This document shows, one piece after another, positions 8,482-17,536 of a DNA stretch of 64,000 nt; positions within the stretch are counted from its first letter, which is position 1; each line of letters opens with the position of its first letter. This DNA is from Acidobacteriota bacterium (GTDB lineage Bacteria > Acidobacteriota > Vicinamibacteria > Vicinamibacterales > UBA2999), in assembly GCA_013140775.1 (NCBI GenBank), contig JABFSA010000085.1, positions 8,237 to 72,236 on the forward strand, written 5' to 3'. Below the pieces are notes generated by a model. It saw only the letters and a list, made by a program, of their open reading frames with translations. It searched no databases and had not been told where the DNA came from. A program made the translations under genes and the position numbers.

Positions 8482-9179
8482 CCGTGACTCCTTTCCGGGC
8501 GTGGGTCCGCGGCCGAGAGCGCGATGGTGTTGCGCACCGCCGAGATGGCAAACACCACGAACATGCCGACAGCGCCGATGAGCGCCCCCAGGTCGAAGAG
8601 GCGGATGGCGCCTGACTCGCCGAACGTGACCCACGGATTCACGGCCGCCCTGATGGCGCCTATGGCAATCAGGATGCGGAGCTCGGTCGGACCGATCCCC
8701 ATGAAGGACATTCGGAACACTCCGGCTGCGTGGGTGGCGAGGTACGTCTCTGCGGACACGAGGAGGAAGCCAGCGAGTGCGAGCGTCGCCGGCAGCGGGC
8801 TCATCAGGCCGGAGCAGGCGAGGCCACCAAGCAGAAAGGTTGTTCCAGCCAGGTCGATGACGTGATCGACATAAAAGCCGTAGCGCGGCCGCTGCTGATT
8901 GCGGACCCTGGCAACGGTGCCGTCGAGGCTGTCACCGAACCAGTTGATCGCGAGGGCCACAAGGACTCCCACCACCGCCCAGGAACTCAGAGGGTAGAAG
9001 GCGAAGGACACGCCTGCCGCGGCCATGGCCACCAGGCCCAGAGATGACAGGTGGTCGGAATGGATGCCTGACGGTAGTCGTGTGGCTATCCACACGAGGG
9101 TGCGCTTCTCGGCGGCGGCCAGAAGGCCGGTATTTTCACGGGTATGACTTCCGGCGATGCGGACTGGACGTTGCGACAT
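8478..9179 (-). CDS. CDP-alcohol phosphatidyltransferase family membrane protein
   Basis: The D-x2-D-G-x2-A-R ... G-x3-D-x3-D motif is present (DSLDGTVARVRNQQRPRYGFYVDHVIDL), with multiple TM segments. The start is taken at ATG 9179 (GGAGGG 11 nt upstream); ORF-track start 9215 is also possible. Confidence 0.8.
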   Translation of the reverse strand: MSQRPVRIAGSHTRENTGLLAAAEKRTLVWIATRLPSGIHSDHLSSLGLVAMAAAGVSFAFYPLSSWAVVGVLVALAINWFGDSLDGTVARVRNQQRPRYGFYVDHVIDLAGTTFLLGGLACSGLMSPLPATLALAGFLLVSAETYLATHAAGVFRMSFMGIGPTELRILIAIGAIRAAVNPWVTFGESGAIRLFDLGALIGAVGMFVVFAISAVRNTIALSAADPRPERSHG

Positions 9180-9227
9180 TGTGAAATGCCCTCCAACCCG
9201 AAATGCGGAAAGCACGGTCGAAGTAGC

Positions 9228-10733
9228 TCAGGCCCGGTCCGAGTGCGCGAAGGTAGCCGCCGTGGTCACACGCTCGATGACGAGCCGGCCGGCCGCGATC
9301 CCCAGACCCAGTGCGACGGTCAGGACGGCAGGTACCAGGCGATCGCCGAAGTACAGAATGGCTCCGTCGGCCAGAAGAGCAAGGGCAATGACCAGATCGG
9401 CGGCCGTCAGCGGATACTTCCACCGTTCTCGCTCTTCGGTCAGTTGTGTGGTGGTGACTCGTTCCGTGAAGAGGAGATGGCTCCGCAAGACCCCGCCAAT
9501 CATTGCGGCGATGCACGACGCCATGAACAGCGCCCGCGCATGACCCGCTTGCCATTCCTTGACCTGCCAGGCGAGGACGCATGCGGTCAGATACAAGGCA
9601 ATGACAGCCAGCTGATGGGTCCTCCACCAGCCGACCATGTGGTCCGCCGCAGGGGCCGCGTCCTGCCTCGGCTTCGGCGCGTCGCTGGTCAGGGCCACCG
9701 TGAGCTCAACAGCGGAGGGGAACCGGCCCTCGGGGTTCTTGGCGAGGCAACGTGTGAGGATGGCAACCAGAGATGCAGGCAGGTCGCCGCGATGCATGGA
9801 CGCCGGCGTCGGTTCGCTGTTGAGGATGTTCGCCATGATCCCCATGGGCTGAGCCGAAGCGAAAGGATGGACGCCGCACGCGTATTCGTACAGGACCAGA
9901 CCGAGCGCGAAGACGTCACTGCGGTAATCGGCCTTCTCCCCGCGCAACTGCTCAGGCGACATGTAAAGCAGCGTCCCCATCAGCGTCCCCTGGCCGGTCA
10001 GCGTGACAAAGGATGCGGGTCCCCCAGCTGACGTTGTCACGCTGGCGAGACCGAAATCGAGCACCTTCAAACGCCCTGCGGTTGCCCGCATGATGTTCTC
10101 GGGCTTGAAATCCCGGTGCGTGATGCCGTGCTGATGAGCGAACCCGAGGGTGTCTGCCAGGGAGACAGCCGTTTGATGAATTGCCTCGAGTGAAGGAAGC
10201 GGGCCCTCTTCAATCTCGGCGCGAAGCGTACGGCCGTCAACGAACTCATGGGCAATGTAGGGGGTTCCGTCCACTTCCCCGTAGGAATACACGGTACAGA
10301 TACCGGAATGGTGCTCGAGGGCAGCCGCCGCGCGAGCCTCCCGGATAAAACGCTCACGATACTCAGGGTTCGCAGCCAGTTCCGGCGCGAGCGTCTTCAG
10401 CGCGACCTGTCGTTTCAGAGACGGTTCAGTTGCGAGATAGACATGCCCCATGCCGCCCCGGCCGAGCTCGCGAACGATCGTGTACTTATCGACCACCTGA
10501 CCCTCCTGAAGAGGGTGGCTTTCGGAGATGAGATCCGGCGCCTGGTCGGCGATGGGAGTGTTGAGAAAGGATCCGGACCGCTCCTGGTGTCTCAATAGCG
10601 AGAGGACGTCGGCCCGTACGTCTTCGTCCGTCTCACCCTGCTGGTCCAACCATGCGTCGATGTTCGGAGGCATCTGCTCGAGCGCGAGCTCGAACAGAGC
10701 CTTGACACGCTTCCAGCGCTCGTCAGGTGTCAT
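9228..10733 (-). CDS. Ser/Thr protein kinase with C-terminal multi-TM domain
   Basis: Kinase motifs are GRGGMGHVYLA, VALK, HRDFKPENIM, DFG and SPEQ. About four TM helices sit at the C-terminus. The start at ATG 10733-10731 shares one base with the sigma-factor stop (TGATG). Confidence 0.9.
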   Translation of the reverse strand: MTPDERWKRVKALFELALEQMPPNIDAWLDQQGETDEDVRADVLSLLRHQERSGSFLNTPIADQAPDLISESHPLQEGQVVDKYTIVRELGRGGMGHVYLATEPSLKRQVALKTLAPELAANPEYRERFIREARAAAALEHHSGICTVYSYGEVDGTPYIAHEFVDGRTLRAEIEEGPLPSLEAIHQTAVSLADTLGFAHQHGITHRDFKPENIMRATAGRLKVLDFGLASVTTSAGGPASFVTLTGQGTLMGTLLYMSPEQLRGEKADYRSDVFALGLVLYEYACGVHPFASAQPMGIMANILNSEPTPASMHRGDLPASLVAILTRCLAKNPEGRFPSAVELTVALTSDAPKPRQDAAPAADHMVGWWRTHQLAVIALYLTACVLAWQVKEWQAGHARALFMASCIAAMIGGVLRSHLLFTERVTTTQLTEERERWKYPLTAADLVIALALLADGAILYFGDRLVPAVLTVALGLGIAAGRLVIERVTTAATFAHSDRA

Positions 10734-11299
10734 CACGACGCGCTCAATTCCCGAAACAGCCAGCCCCGGGCGAGTGCCCATCGTCGTTTGAGCGTGGCAG
10801 GGGAGATGTCGAGAGCGGTCGCCGTATCCTCGATGCTGAGGCCGGCGAAGTAGCGCATCTCGACAATACGTGCGAGCTCCTGGTCCACTTCTCCGAGACG
10901 GACAAGGGCGTCATCGAGAGCGGACAGCATGGCATCTTCATGCTTCGCGGCGATGAGCGTTTCGGTGAGTGATACCCGGTCCATCCCAGCCCACCGTTTT
11001 TGCGCACCGCGGGCGCGCGCGCCGTCCACGAGGATTTGTCGCATCGCCCGCGCGGCGATACCGAGGAAGTGGTTGCGATCCACCCAGGGCTGTCCCAAAC
11101 CAGCGAGACGCAGGTAAGCCTCATGCACTAACGCGGTGGCCTGGAGAGTTCGCCCTGGCCGTTCACCGCGCAGGTACGCGGCAGCGATCCGGCGCAGCTC
11201 GTTGTACACGGCCTGCATGTGGTCGTCGGCGCCGCCTCGCCCCGTCGTGTCTGACACCGGAATGGGCGCCATTGTAGTCGTACGGGGGCTGTGATTCAT
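10733..11299 (-). CDS. ECF-type RNA polymerase sigma factor (TIGR02999 / ECF43-like, kinase-associated)
   Basis: 188 aa. VYNELRRIAAAYLRGERPGRTLQATALVHEAYLRL is the hallmark of the Sig-70_X6 family. The C-terminal region-4 HTH is LSIEDTATALDISPATLKRRW. Confidence 0.85.
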   Translation of the reverse strand: MNHSPRTTTMAPIPVSDTTGRGGADDHMQAVYNELRRIAAAYLRGERPGRTLQATALVHEAYLRLAGLGQPWVDRNHFLGIAARAMRQILVDGARARGAQKRWAGMDRVSLTETLIAAKHEDAMLSALDDALVRLGEVDQELARIVEMRYFAGLSIEDTATALDISPATLKRRWALARGWLFRELSAS

Positions 11300-11362
11300 G
11301 TCGGCACTCGGGTACAGTGGAGCCCAACGCGTGACGAGAGTCGTGCGTCTTTTCAGGGGAGA

Positions 11363-11821
11363 ATGTCGATGAAATCCAGAGGCGGCCGGTTTCTTTCTCT
11401 CTTCGCGCTGATGGCAGGCGTCGTCGCCGCCGGATGCTCAGGCAACGACTCGAATCCGACGGGACCGATTCTGCCCTTCGCTCCGTTTGCCCAGCAGGAT
11501 CTGCGGGTGGGCACCGGTGCCGATGCCGCAACAGGCAGACGCGTAACCGTGAATTACACGGGTTGGTTTTACGACCCCACACGGCCAGAGAACAAAGGTC
11601 AGCAGTTCGATACGTCAGTGGGCCGCCAGCCGTTCACGTTCACAATCGGTCTCGGCCAGGTCATTCGAGGGTGGGATCAGGGCGTGCCCGGCATGAAGGT
11701 GGGAGGACAGCGAAGGCTGACCGTCCCACCCGAACTCGGCTACGGGGCCAATGGGTCGGGCGGCGTTATTCCCCCCAATGCCACGTTGGTATTCGACATC
11801 GATCTCATCGACGTCCAGTAA
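11363..11821 (+). CDS. FKBP-type peptidyl-prolyl cis-trans isomerase, lipoprotein
   Basis: FKBP core is VNYTGWFYD...GQQFDTS...FTIGLGQVIRGWDQGVPGMKVGGQRRLTVPPELGYG. The lipobox-like sequence is LMAGVVAAGCSG. The start is ATG 11363 or 11369 (GGGGAG upstream). Confidence 0.9.
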   Translation: MSMKSRGGRFLSLFALMAGVVAAGCSGNDSNPTGPILPFAPFAQQDLRVGTGADAATGRRVTVNYTGWFYDPTRPENKGQQFDTSVGRQPFTFTIGLGQVIRGWDQGVPGMKVGGQRRLTVPPELGYGANGSGGVIPPNATLVFDIDLIDVQ

Positions 11822-11858
11822 GAAAGCGCGGCGAACGACTCGCCGCGCGCAGCGTTTC

Positions 11859-12530
11859 CTATTTATTGTTGATTCCGAGCCCGCCTCCCCGACCTGCGCC
11901 GCCACCTCTGGCGGGGAGTGGGGGAAGACGGTTGGAATAGATCTCGTTGTACCGAACACGCCGTCCGTTCTCATCCAGGAAGCTCAGGTTCTGCTGGAAG
12001 AGTCCGGGTGGGGGATAGTTCTGCGGTACCGTCGCGTCAACGATGTACAGCCGGTTTTCGTGAAGGTAGATCGAGGCGAACGTCCGGGTATTGTCCGAGT
12101 TCAGCAGCTGGATCATGTGACCTTCGACGAGATCGATGTAGTGCCACGCGTCGTAGGTCACCTTTGACCCGGCACGCTGGCGGTACTTGGTGGTCGCGGC
12201 CCACTGAATCGCACCCTGAATGTCGATTTGCCAGTATCTCGGGTCCGTGAAGGAGTCGGGCTTGGCAATCGCCGAGTGGATCTTTTCGGACTGGGTCTCG
12301 TCGATCACCGTGACGGTGTAGGTGCTCGGTCCCTGCCGGGCGGTATAGACGCGGCCTGGAAACACGGCACCGTATTCCGAATTCCACTTGATCTCTTGAA
12401 CAGTTGGCTGACTCGGGAACGTAATGCTGAACCGGTCAACCGGACTCATGAATTCCACCCACTCCTGGGAGAAGGCAGCAGAGGGCGCGCAAAGTACAAA
12501 CGTTGCGAGCAACAGTCTCATAAGACGCAT
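11859..12530 (-). CDS. secreted hypothetical protein with Gly-rich C-terminus
   Basis: ORF 11859..12569 trimmed to ATG 12530 (MRLMRLLLATFVLCAPSAAFSQ signal peptide; GGAAGGA upstream). No family recognised. Confidence 0.65.
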   Translation of the reverse strand: MRLMRLLLATFVLCAPSAAFSQEWVEFMSPVDRFSITFPSQPTVQEIKWNSEYGAVFPGRVYTARQGPSTYTVTVIDETQSEKIHSAIAKPDSFTDPRYWQIDIQGAIQWAATTKYRQRAGSKVTYDAWHYIDLVEGHMIQLLNSDNTRTFASIYLHENRLYIVDATVPQNYPPPGLFQQNLSFLDENGRRVRYNEIYSNRLPPLPARGGGAGRGGGLGINNK

Positions 12531-12629
12531 GCGGTGTCGTCCTTCCGGGAAAGAGATGTGACGCGCCAATCCTCTCAGGAATGGCCGTCTGGTGCCAGAC
12601 GCGGCACCCTGAAACTATAATCCTGCCCC

Positions 12630-13316
12630 ATGAAAACGACATCGCAAATTCTCGGCAGCCTTGTTCTGGGAGGCGCCACCGTCCTTGCACAGGCACCGGC
12701 CACTCCGGTGACGATGAACAACGAGTCGCACTTCGAGCGACTGACGTATCTCAGGCACATGCGGGTGTTCGAAGCCCGAATCGCCCCTGGGGAATCGACC
12801 GGCGACTATCTGCAGGACCACGACGTGATGTCCATCGCCTTTGGCGACACGACATTGCGGTCCAGGAAGGTGGGGCAGGACTGGGAGGCGCCCCGCACGA
12901 GAGCCGCCTGGTCGGCGGAGGCCACCGCCTACACGGACGCGCCCGTGACTCACCGGGTCGAGAACACCGGCACGACACCGCTGCGGATGTTCCTGGTGGA
13001 GAACCTCCGCGATCGTGGCTGGACGATGCCCGCAGCGCTGACCGCCCCTGGGACGACGCTTCGGCAGGAGGCACGATCGTTCGCGGTCTATGACATCCGG
13101 CTCGACGCAGCGACCCCGCGGACGAATCATGTGCATCAAAACCCGAGCCTTATCTTCGTTGTGAGTGGTGTCGTGCAGGTACAAGGCGGCGGCGGTGAGT
13201 CCGAATTTCAACTGGAACAACCCGGCCGCTGGTTCCCGTCGTCGGGCCCCGATCAGCCTCATACGCTGAGCGTCGTGGGGGATAACGCGCACGCCATGTG
13301 CGTGGAAGCGCGCTGA
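12630..13316 (+). CDS. secreted hypothetical protein (possible cupin-like fold)
   Basis: 228 aa with signal peptide MKTTSQILGSLVLGGATVLAQA. It has two beta-rich halves with HRVEN / HVHQN segments. The fold call is weak. Confidence 0.6.
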   Translation: MKTTSQILGSLVLGGATVLAQAPATPVTMNNESHFERLTYLRHMRVFEARIAPGESTGDYLQDHDVMSIAFGDTTLRSRKVGQDWEAPRTRAAWSAEATAYTDAPVTHRVENTGTTPLRMFLVENLRDRGWTMPAALTAPGTTLRQEARSFAVYDIRLDAATPRTNHVHQNPSLIFVVSGVVQVQGGGGESEFQLEQPGRWFPSSGPDQPHTLSVVGDNAHAMCVEAR

Positions 13317-13335
13317 GTCGCGCGCGGCAGTGACG

Positions 13336-13370
13336 TGAGCAGCAGGTTCCCCGCTGGAACCCGCTGCTCA
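13336..13370. terminator. GC-rich hairpin between convergent genes
   Basis: TGAGCAGCAGGTTCC-ccgct-GGAACCCGCTGCTCA forms a 15-bp stem with one mismatch. It lies between stop 13316 (+) and stop 13411 (-). No clear U-tract. Confidence 0.4.
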
Positions 13371-13410
13371 TCGCACACGTAGTGCTCGGCTTCAGCCGAT
13401 CCTGGGCTTG

Positions 13411-14694
13411 TCAGCGACTGCTGGTCGTGGTCGCCGCCGACTTGCCGATTGTCACCAGGCCGATGCGATTGCTGCTGCTCTGGTGAATCAAGAGGTTGCC
13501 GTCCGGCGTGGCTGACATGTTGCGGACGATGCCATAGCCAGACGGGATGGCCCAGCTCTGGAACTTCTCGGTCTTCGGATCGAAGCGGACCAGCGCGTCC
13601 GGCCGACGTCTTGACTCGTTGTACCAGACCACATCGTCAATGACTTCGATCGCATAGGGATGCGTGTCGGCGCCGCTGGGCGACGGCCATTCCTTGATCT
13701 CTCCGGTCTTCGGGTTGAGCCGGCCAAGAGCACCGAGCGACGAGTTCACGAACCAGACATTGTCGTTGCTGTCGATCGCGAGACGGCGCACCGTTGTTTC
13801 GGGCCTCGGCAGGACGTGTTCCTTGATGGCCATGGTGACCGGATCGAGCTCCGCGACTTTGTTCGAGCCGTTGTAGGACACCCAGGGGACTCCCTTGGAG
13901 TTCATCCTGATGCCGTAGGGGAGCGCCCTCGGTGTCGGCACGGTGACGAGCTTGATGTCGCCGGTCGAGGTGTTCATGCGGCCGATCATGTTGCTCTGCT
14001 GCAGCGTGAACCAGAGCGTGACGCCGTCGTGGCCGAACGCGGGCGTGTGCGGATCGCGAGCGTTGGGATCGGGCATCTTGAAGACGGTGACTTCGCCGGT
14101 CGCGGGGTTGAGCTTGCCGATCGTGCCGTTGGCGTTGCCCGTGTACCAGATGTTTCCGGCTCTGTCGTTGATGATGCTGTGCGGACGCGCCGAGGGCGCC
14201 AGCTTCCATTCCTTCATCTCACCGGTGCGAGGATTCAATCGGCCGATCAGGCTGCCGTACTGCCCCGTCCAGAAGATGTTGCCGTCGGCCAGCTGTATCG
14301 GATCGCGTGAACGCTGACCAAGGGTTGGAGTGATCCACTCCTTGAACGTCACTGACACCGGACCCGGAACGATGACTGGTTCCCGGCCTGGTCGCGGAGG
14401 AAAGTGTGTCGCGAGATACTGGGTCACCGTCGCCGCCTGATCCTCAGGCAGCTTGATCATGGTGCTGATGAGGTCCTGCCAGCGCTCACGCGTGTATCCA
14501 GCGGAGCCCGTGATCATGTTGACTCCGTGGCACACACCGCACCTGGCCTGAACCATGTCTTTGCCTGCGCCATCGGGAAGCGCGGCGGCCTGCTGACCTC
14601 TTCCACCCTGTCGGCCTTCCTGGCCTTGCAATACGCCCGTCAGCGCTACCGAGAACACCGCAACGGCAACTATGAGGCTGGGCAATCGAAGCAT
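13411..14694 (-). CDS. exported cytochrome-c domain fused to a Vgb/streptogramin-lyase-like beta-propeller
   Basis: 427 aa with a signal peptide. CGVCH lies at residues 52-56. It is followed by repeated G-x-I/L-G-R/K-L/M-N-P-x-T-G blades (GSLIGRLNPRTGE, GTIGKLNPATGE, NMIGRMNTSTGD, GALGRLNPKTGE). AGGAGA sits upstream of the ATG. Confidence 0.85.
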   Translation of the reverse strand: MLRLPSLIVAVAVFSVALTGVLQGQEGRQGGRGQQAAALPDGAGKDMVQARCGVCHGVNMITGSAGYTRERWQDLISTMIKLPEDQAATVTQYLATHFPPRPGREPVIVPGPVSVTFKEWITPTLGQRSRDPIQLADGNIFWTGQYGSLIGRLNPRTGEMKEWKLAPSARPHSIINDRAGNIWYTGNANGTIGKLNPATGEVTVFKMPDPNARDPHTPAFGHDGVTLWFTLQQSNMIGRMNTSTGDIKLVTVPTPRALPYGIRMNSKGVPWVSYNGSNKVAELDPVTMAIKEHVLPRPETTVRRLAIDSNDNVWFVNSSLGALGRLNPKTGEIKEWPSPSGADTHPYAIEVIDDVVWYNESRRRPDALVRFDPKTEKFQSWAIPSGYGIVRNMSATPDGNLLIHQSSSNRIGLVTIGKSAATTTSSR

Positions 14695-14798
14695 GATGCG
14701 TCTCCTGTCGAGTTCAATGTCGCACGCGTCTGGGGCGGTATCGTAGCACCTCCCCGAAGGGGCGGACCCACGGAACTTTCACGAGAAATCGAGCGATG

Positions 14799-17327
14799 TC
14801 AGTGTCTGACGGTGGGACGAATGTTGAGGGTTTCCGCCAGGTCACGTGAAGGCCTGGCGCTCGGCCTGGAGGATATCTGCTGTTGGGCGAGAAAGGCGTG
14901 GGCGTCTTCAACGGACAGAGGGTGCGAGAACAGATATCCCTGGGCGTGTGGGCACTCGAGCGCTGCCAGGCGTTCGGCCTGCGCCACGGTTTCGACGCCT
15001 TCCGCGATGACGCCCATGCCGAGCTCCCTGGCCAGGTTCACGATGCTCGCCACAATCGGTGCGTCGCTGTGACGCTCGCCGATACGGCTGATGAAAGAGC
15101 GATCGATCTTCAGCGCGTCGAGGCGGTAGCGATGAAGGTAGCTCAACGATGAGAACCCGGTACCGAAGTCGTCGAGATAGAGCTCAACCGGGATCGAGCG
15201 AAGCTCGTCGAGGCGCGCGACGACCTGTTCGGAACCGTTGACGAGGAAGCTCTCCGTGATTTCAAGCCTGAGGGTGCCGGGCAAAAGCCCGGTGGAAGAG
15301 ATGGCTTCCCGGACCTCGGCGACGAGAGTCGGCCGATCGAACAGCTTGGTCGAGATATTCACTGTGAGAGTCAGAGGCCGTGTGAAGTGACGCTGCCACT
15401 CCGCCACCTGACGACAGGCCTCGAAGAGTACGAGTCTGGTGATCGGTGCAATCAGGCCGGTTTCCTCGGCAACGGGAATGAAGTCGATGGGAGGCGTCAT
15501 CGACCCATCCTCACGCGGCCACCTGATGAGCGACTCAAACCCGCACACGTCTCGCGTCTCCAGCTCGATGATGGGCTGATAGTGGACAACGAACTCCTGT
15601 CGTTCGATCGCGCGGCGGAGCTCTGTTTCGAGCGTCAGTCGTCCGATTGCGGACTCGTGCATCGACGGATCGAACGTCTGCGTCTGGGACCGGCCTTGTG
15701 CCTTGGACCGGTACATCGCCGTGTCGGCATCGCGCAGGAGCTCTTCAGGATCCTGGTGATGGCCATTGCTGAACGCGACGCCGATGCTGACTGACGCCCA
15801 GATCTCCCGACCCTCCAGTTCGAAGGGCGCGCGAAGAGTGGTGTGCAGTCGCTCGGAGATCACCGACGCCACTGGGGACTCACCGACGTCATCAAGGAGA
15901 ATGGCGAACTCGTCGCCACCGAGGCGGGCGAGCGCATCGCCGGGCCGGAGACATTGCAGGAGCCTTTTGCCAATCGCGACGAGGAACTGATCGCCGATGA
16001 CGTGTCCGTAGCTGTCGTTGACCAGCTTGAAGTGGTCGAGATCGATGAACAGCACCGCACACACGTAACTCGCCGAACGTCGTGTCTTGGAGAGCGCGCG
16101 CTCGAGGAGTTCTGAGAAGAGCGCTCTATTGGCAAGCCCTGTGAGACCGTCGTGAAGGGCGGCGTGCTGCAGGTCGTCCTGCACCCGGCGCTGGTCGGTG
16201 ACGTCGGTCTGCGACCCTGCGATGCGAATCGGGACATTCTGCTCGTTCTGGACGGCGACGCCTCGGCAGAGCACCCATTGGTATCGTCCGCCCTGATGGC
16301 GCATCCGATACTCGTGTTCAAAGTGAGCGGTATGTCCGGCCAGGTGGCGGTCGAGCACACGACGAAGGTCCGTGGCGTCATCGGGATGCACGTGCCTGAA
16401 CCAGTCGTCCACTCGCTGAATGGGAACTTCAGGCGGCAGCCCAAGCATCAGCTTCCAGCGATCTGAGACGTAGAAGGCGTTGGACGTCAGATCCCAGTCC
16501 CAGAGTCCATCGTTCGAGCCGGCGGCGGCAAGCGCGTAGCGTTGTTCCGACTCCCTGGCGGCGCGCAGCGCTTCGACGGCCTTCTCGTGAAGGGCCTGCA
16601 TCTCGCTGTGATGTGTTGTCTCGGCGGCAATCCGATCGAGATAGACGCGATAGGAACGGAACGTCAGGTAGACAGGTGCCGCCGCGAGAGGAATGAGCCA
16701 GCCCCAGCCAAGCGTCCACGCGGCGGCCGCGGCGGTTGCCGCGCTGGCGCCCACGAAGTAGCTCGGTCCGGTCCAGAGAAAATCGCCGTACCAGACTTTC
16801 CAGAGATGCCGTCGGCTGGACAGTCCGATGACTGTCGCAACGAGAATCGAGTTGGCCAGGAAGTAGCTGAGCACCGCCACGAGCAGCGGCACGAGCATCG
16901 CAAGATCAAACACGCCGAATCGGCCACCGGCGAGCGCGAACGCACGGCCAGTGATCTGGACGGTCAGTACCAGAATGGCAATGTTGAAGATCGTCCGGTA
17001 CGCAGGATTGGTGTGCGACGCCTTGTTCGTGGACTGGGCCCAGCCACTGAGGAGCGCCACGAGCATCGTGGCATCGGGACCCAGCAGCAGGAGCGATGCG
17101 AAGTCGATGGTGTACGCGATCGAAAGGTTAGAGGCGCTGTTTCCAATGGGTAGCCGAAGCTTCTGCCGGGAGGCGATCGCGGACGCTGTCGCGAGCGTCA
17201 CCCAGAGCGGGAGGTGCGGGAGCGTCTCTGGCAAGCTCGTCACCAACACGATGGCCGCCGCGGCGACAGTGCCGCCAACAAAGAGGCGCGCGGACCAGGG
17301 AAGTGACGTCAGAGATTGCCTCGCCAA
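14799..17327 (-). CDS. membrane-bound PAS-GGDEF-EAL cyclic-di-GMP signalling protein
   Basis: 842 aa. The N-terminal ~230 aa are polytopic. The PAS-like segment is GLWDWDL...YVSDRW. GGDEF is intact (RLGGDEFAIL). EAL-domain motifs are ESLIRW, EITES and DDFGTGFSSL. Confidence 0.9.
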   Translation of the reverse strand: MARQSLTSLPWSARLFVGGTVAAAAIVLVTSLPETLPHLPLWVTLATASAIASRQKLRLPIGNSASNLSIAYTIDFASLLLLGPDATMLVALLSGWAQSTNKASHTNPAYRTIFNIAILVLTVQITGRAFALAGGRFGVFDLAMLVPLLVAVLSYFLANSILVATVIGLSSRRHLWKVWYGDFLWTGPSYFVGASAATAAAAAWTLGWGWLIPLAAAPVYLTFRSYRVYLDRIAAETTHHSEMQALHEKAVEALRAARESEQRYALAAAGSNDGLWDWDLTSNAFYVSDRWKLMLGLPPEVPIQRVDDWFRHVHPDDATDLRRVLDRHLAGHTAHFEHEYRMRHQGGRYQWVLCRGVAVQNEQNVPIRIAGSQTDVTDQRRVQDDLQHAALHDGLTGLANRALFSELLERALSKTRRSASYVCAVLFIDLDHFKLVNDSYGHVIGDQFLVAIGKRLLQCLRPGDALARLGGDEFAILLDDVGESPVASVISERLHTTLRAPFELEGREIWASVSIGVAFSNGHHQDPEELLRDADTAMYRSKAQGRSQTQTFDPSMHESAIGRLTLETELRRAIERQEFVVHYQPIIELETRDVCGFESLIRWPREDGSMTPPIDFIPVAEETGLIAPITRLVLFEACRQVAEWQRHFTRPLTLTVNISTKLFDRPTLVAEVREAISSTGLLPGTLRLEITESFLVNGSEQVVARLDELRSIPVELYLDDFGTGFSSLSYLHRYRLDALKIDRSFISRIGERHSDAPIVASIVNLARELGMGVIAEGVETVAQAERLAALECPHAQGYLFSHPLSVEDAHAFLAQQQISSRPSARPSRDLAETLNIRPTVRH

Positions 17328-17536
17328 TTGAGCTCGGGACCCGACTGGTTAGCAGGCACACTCGGGTACCGGGGTATCGTCGGGGGCCTATGGCGTCTGT
17401 ATGAAAAACTGGCAGAAAAAGCCGCAAAAGCGGGCGACACGAGGGGCCTTGATGCCGATAGTGCGCAGGCCCGCGAGGTTCTGAGAAGGGAGGTGTTCTC
17501 AGACCGACTGGTGAGGGTGGGAGAGGCGAGCCGGGG

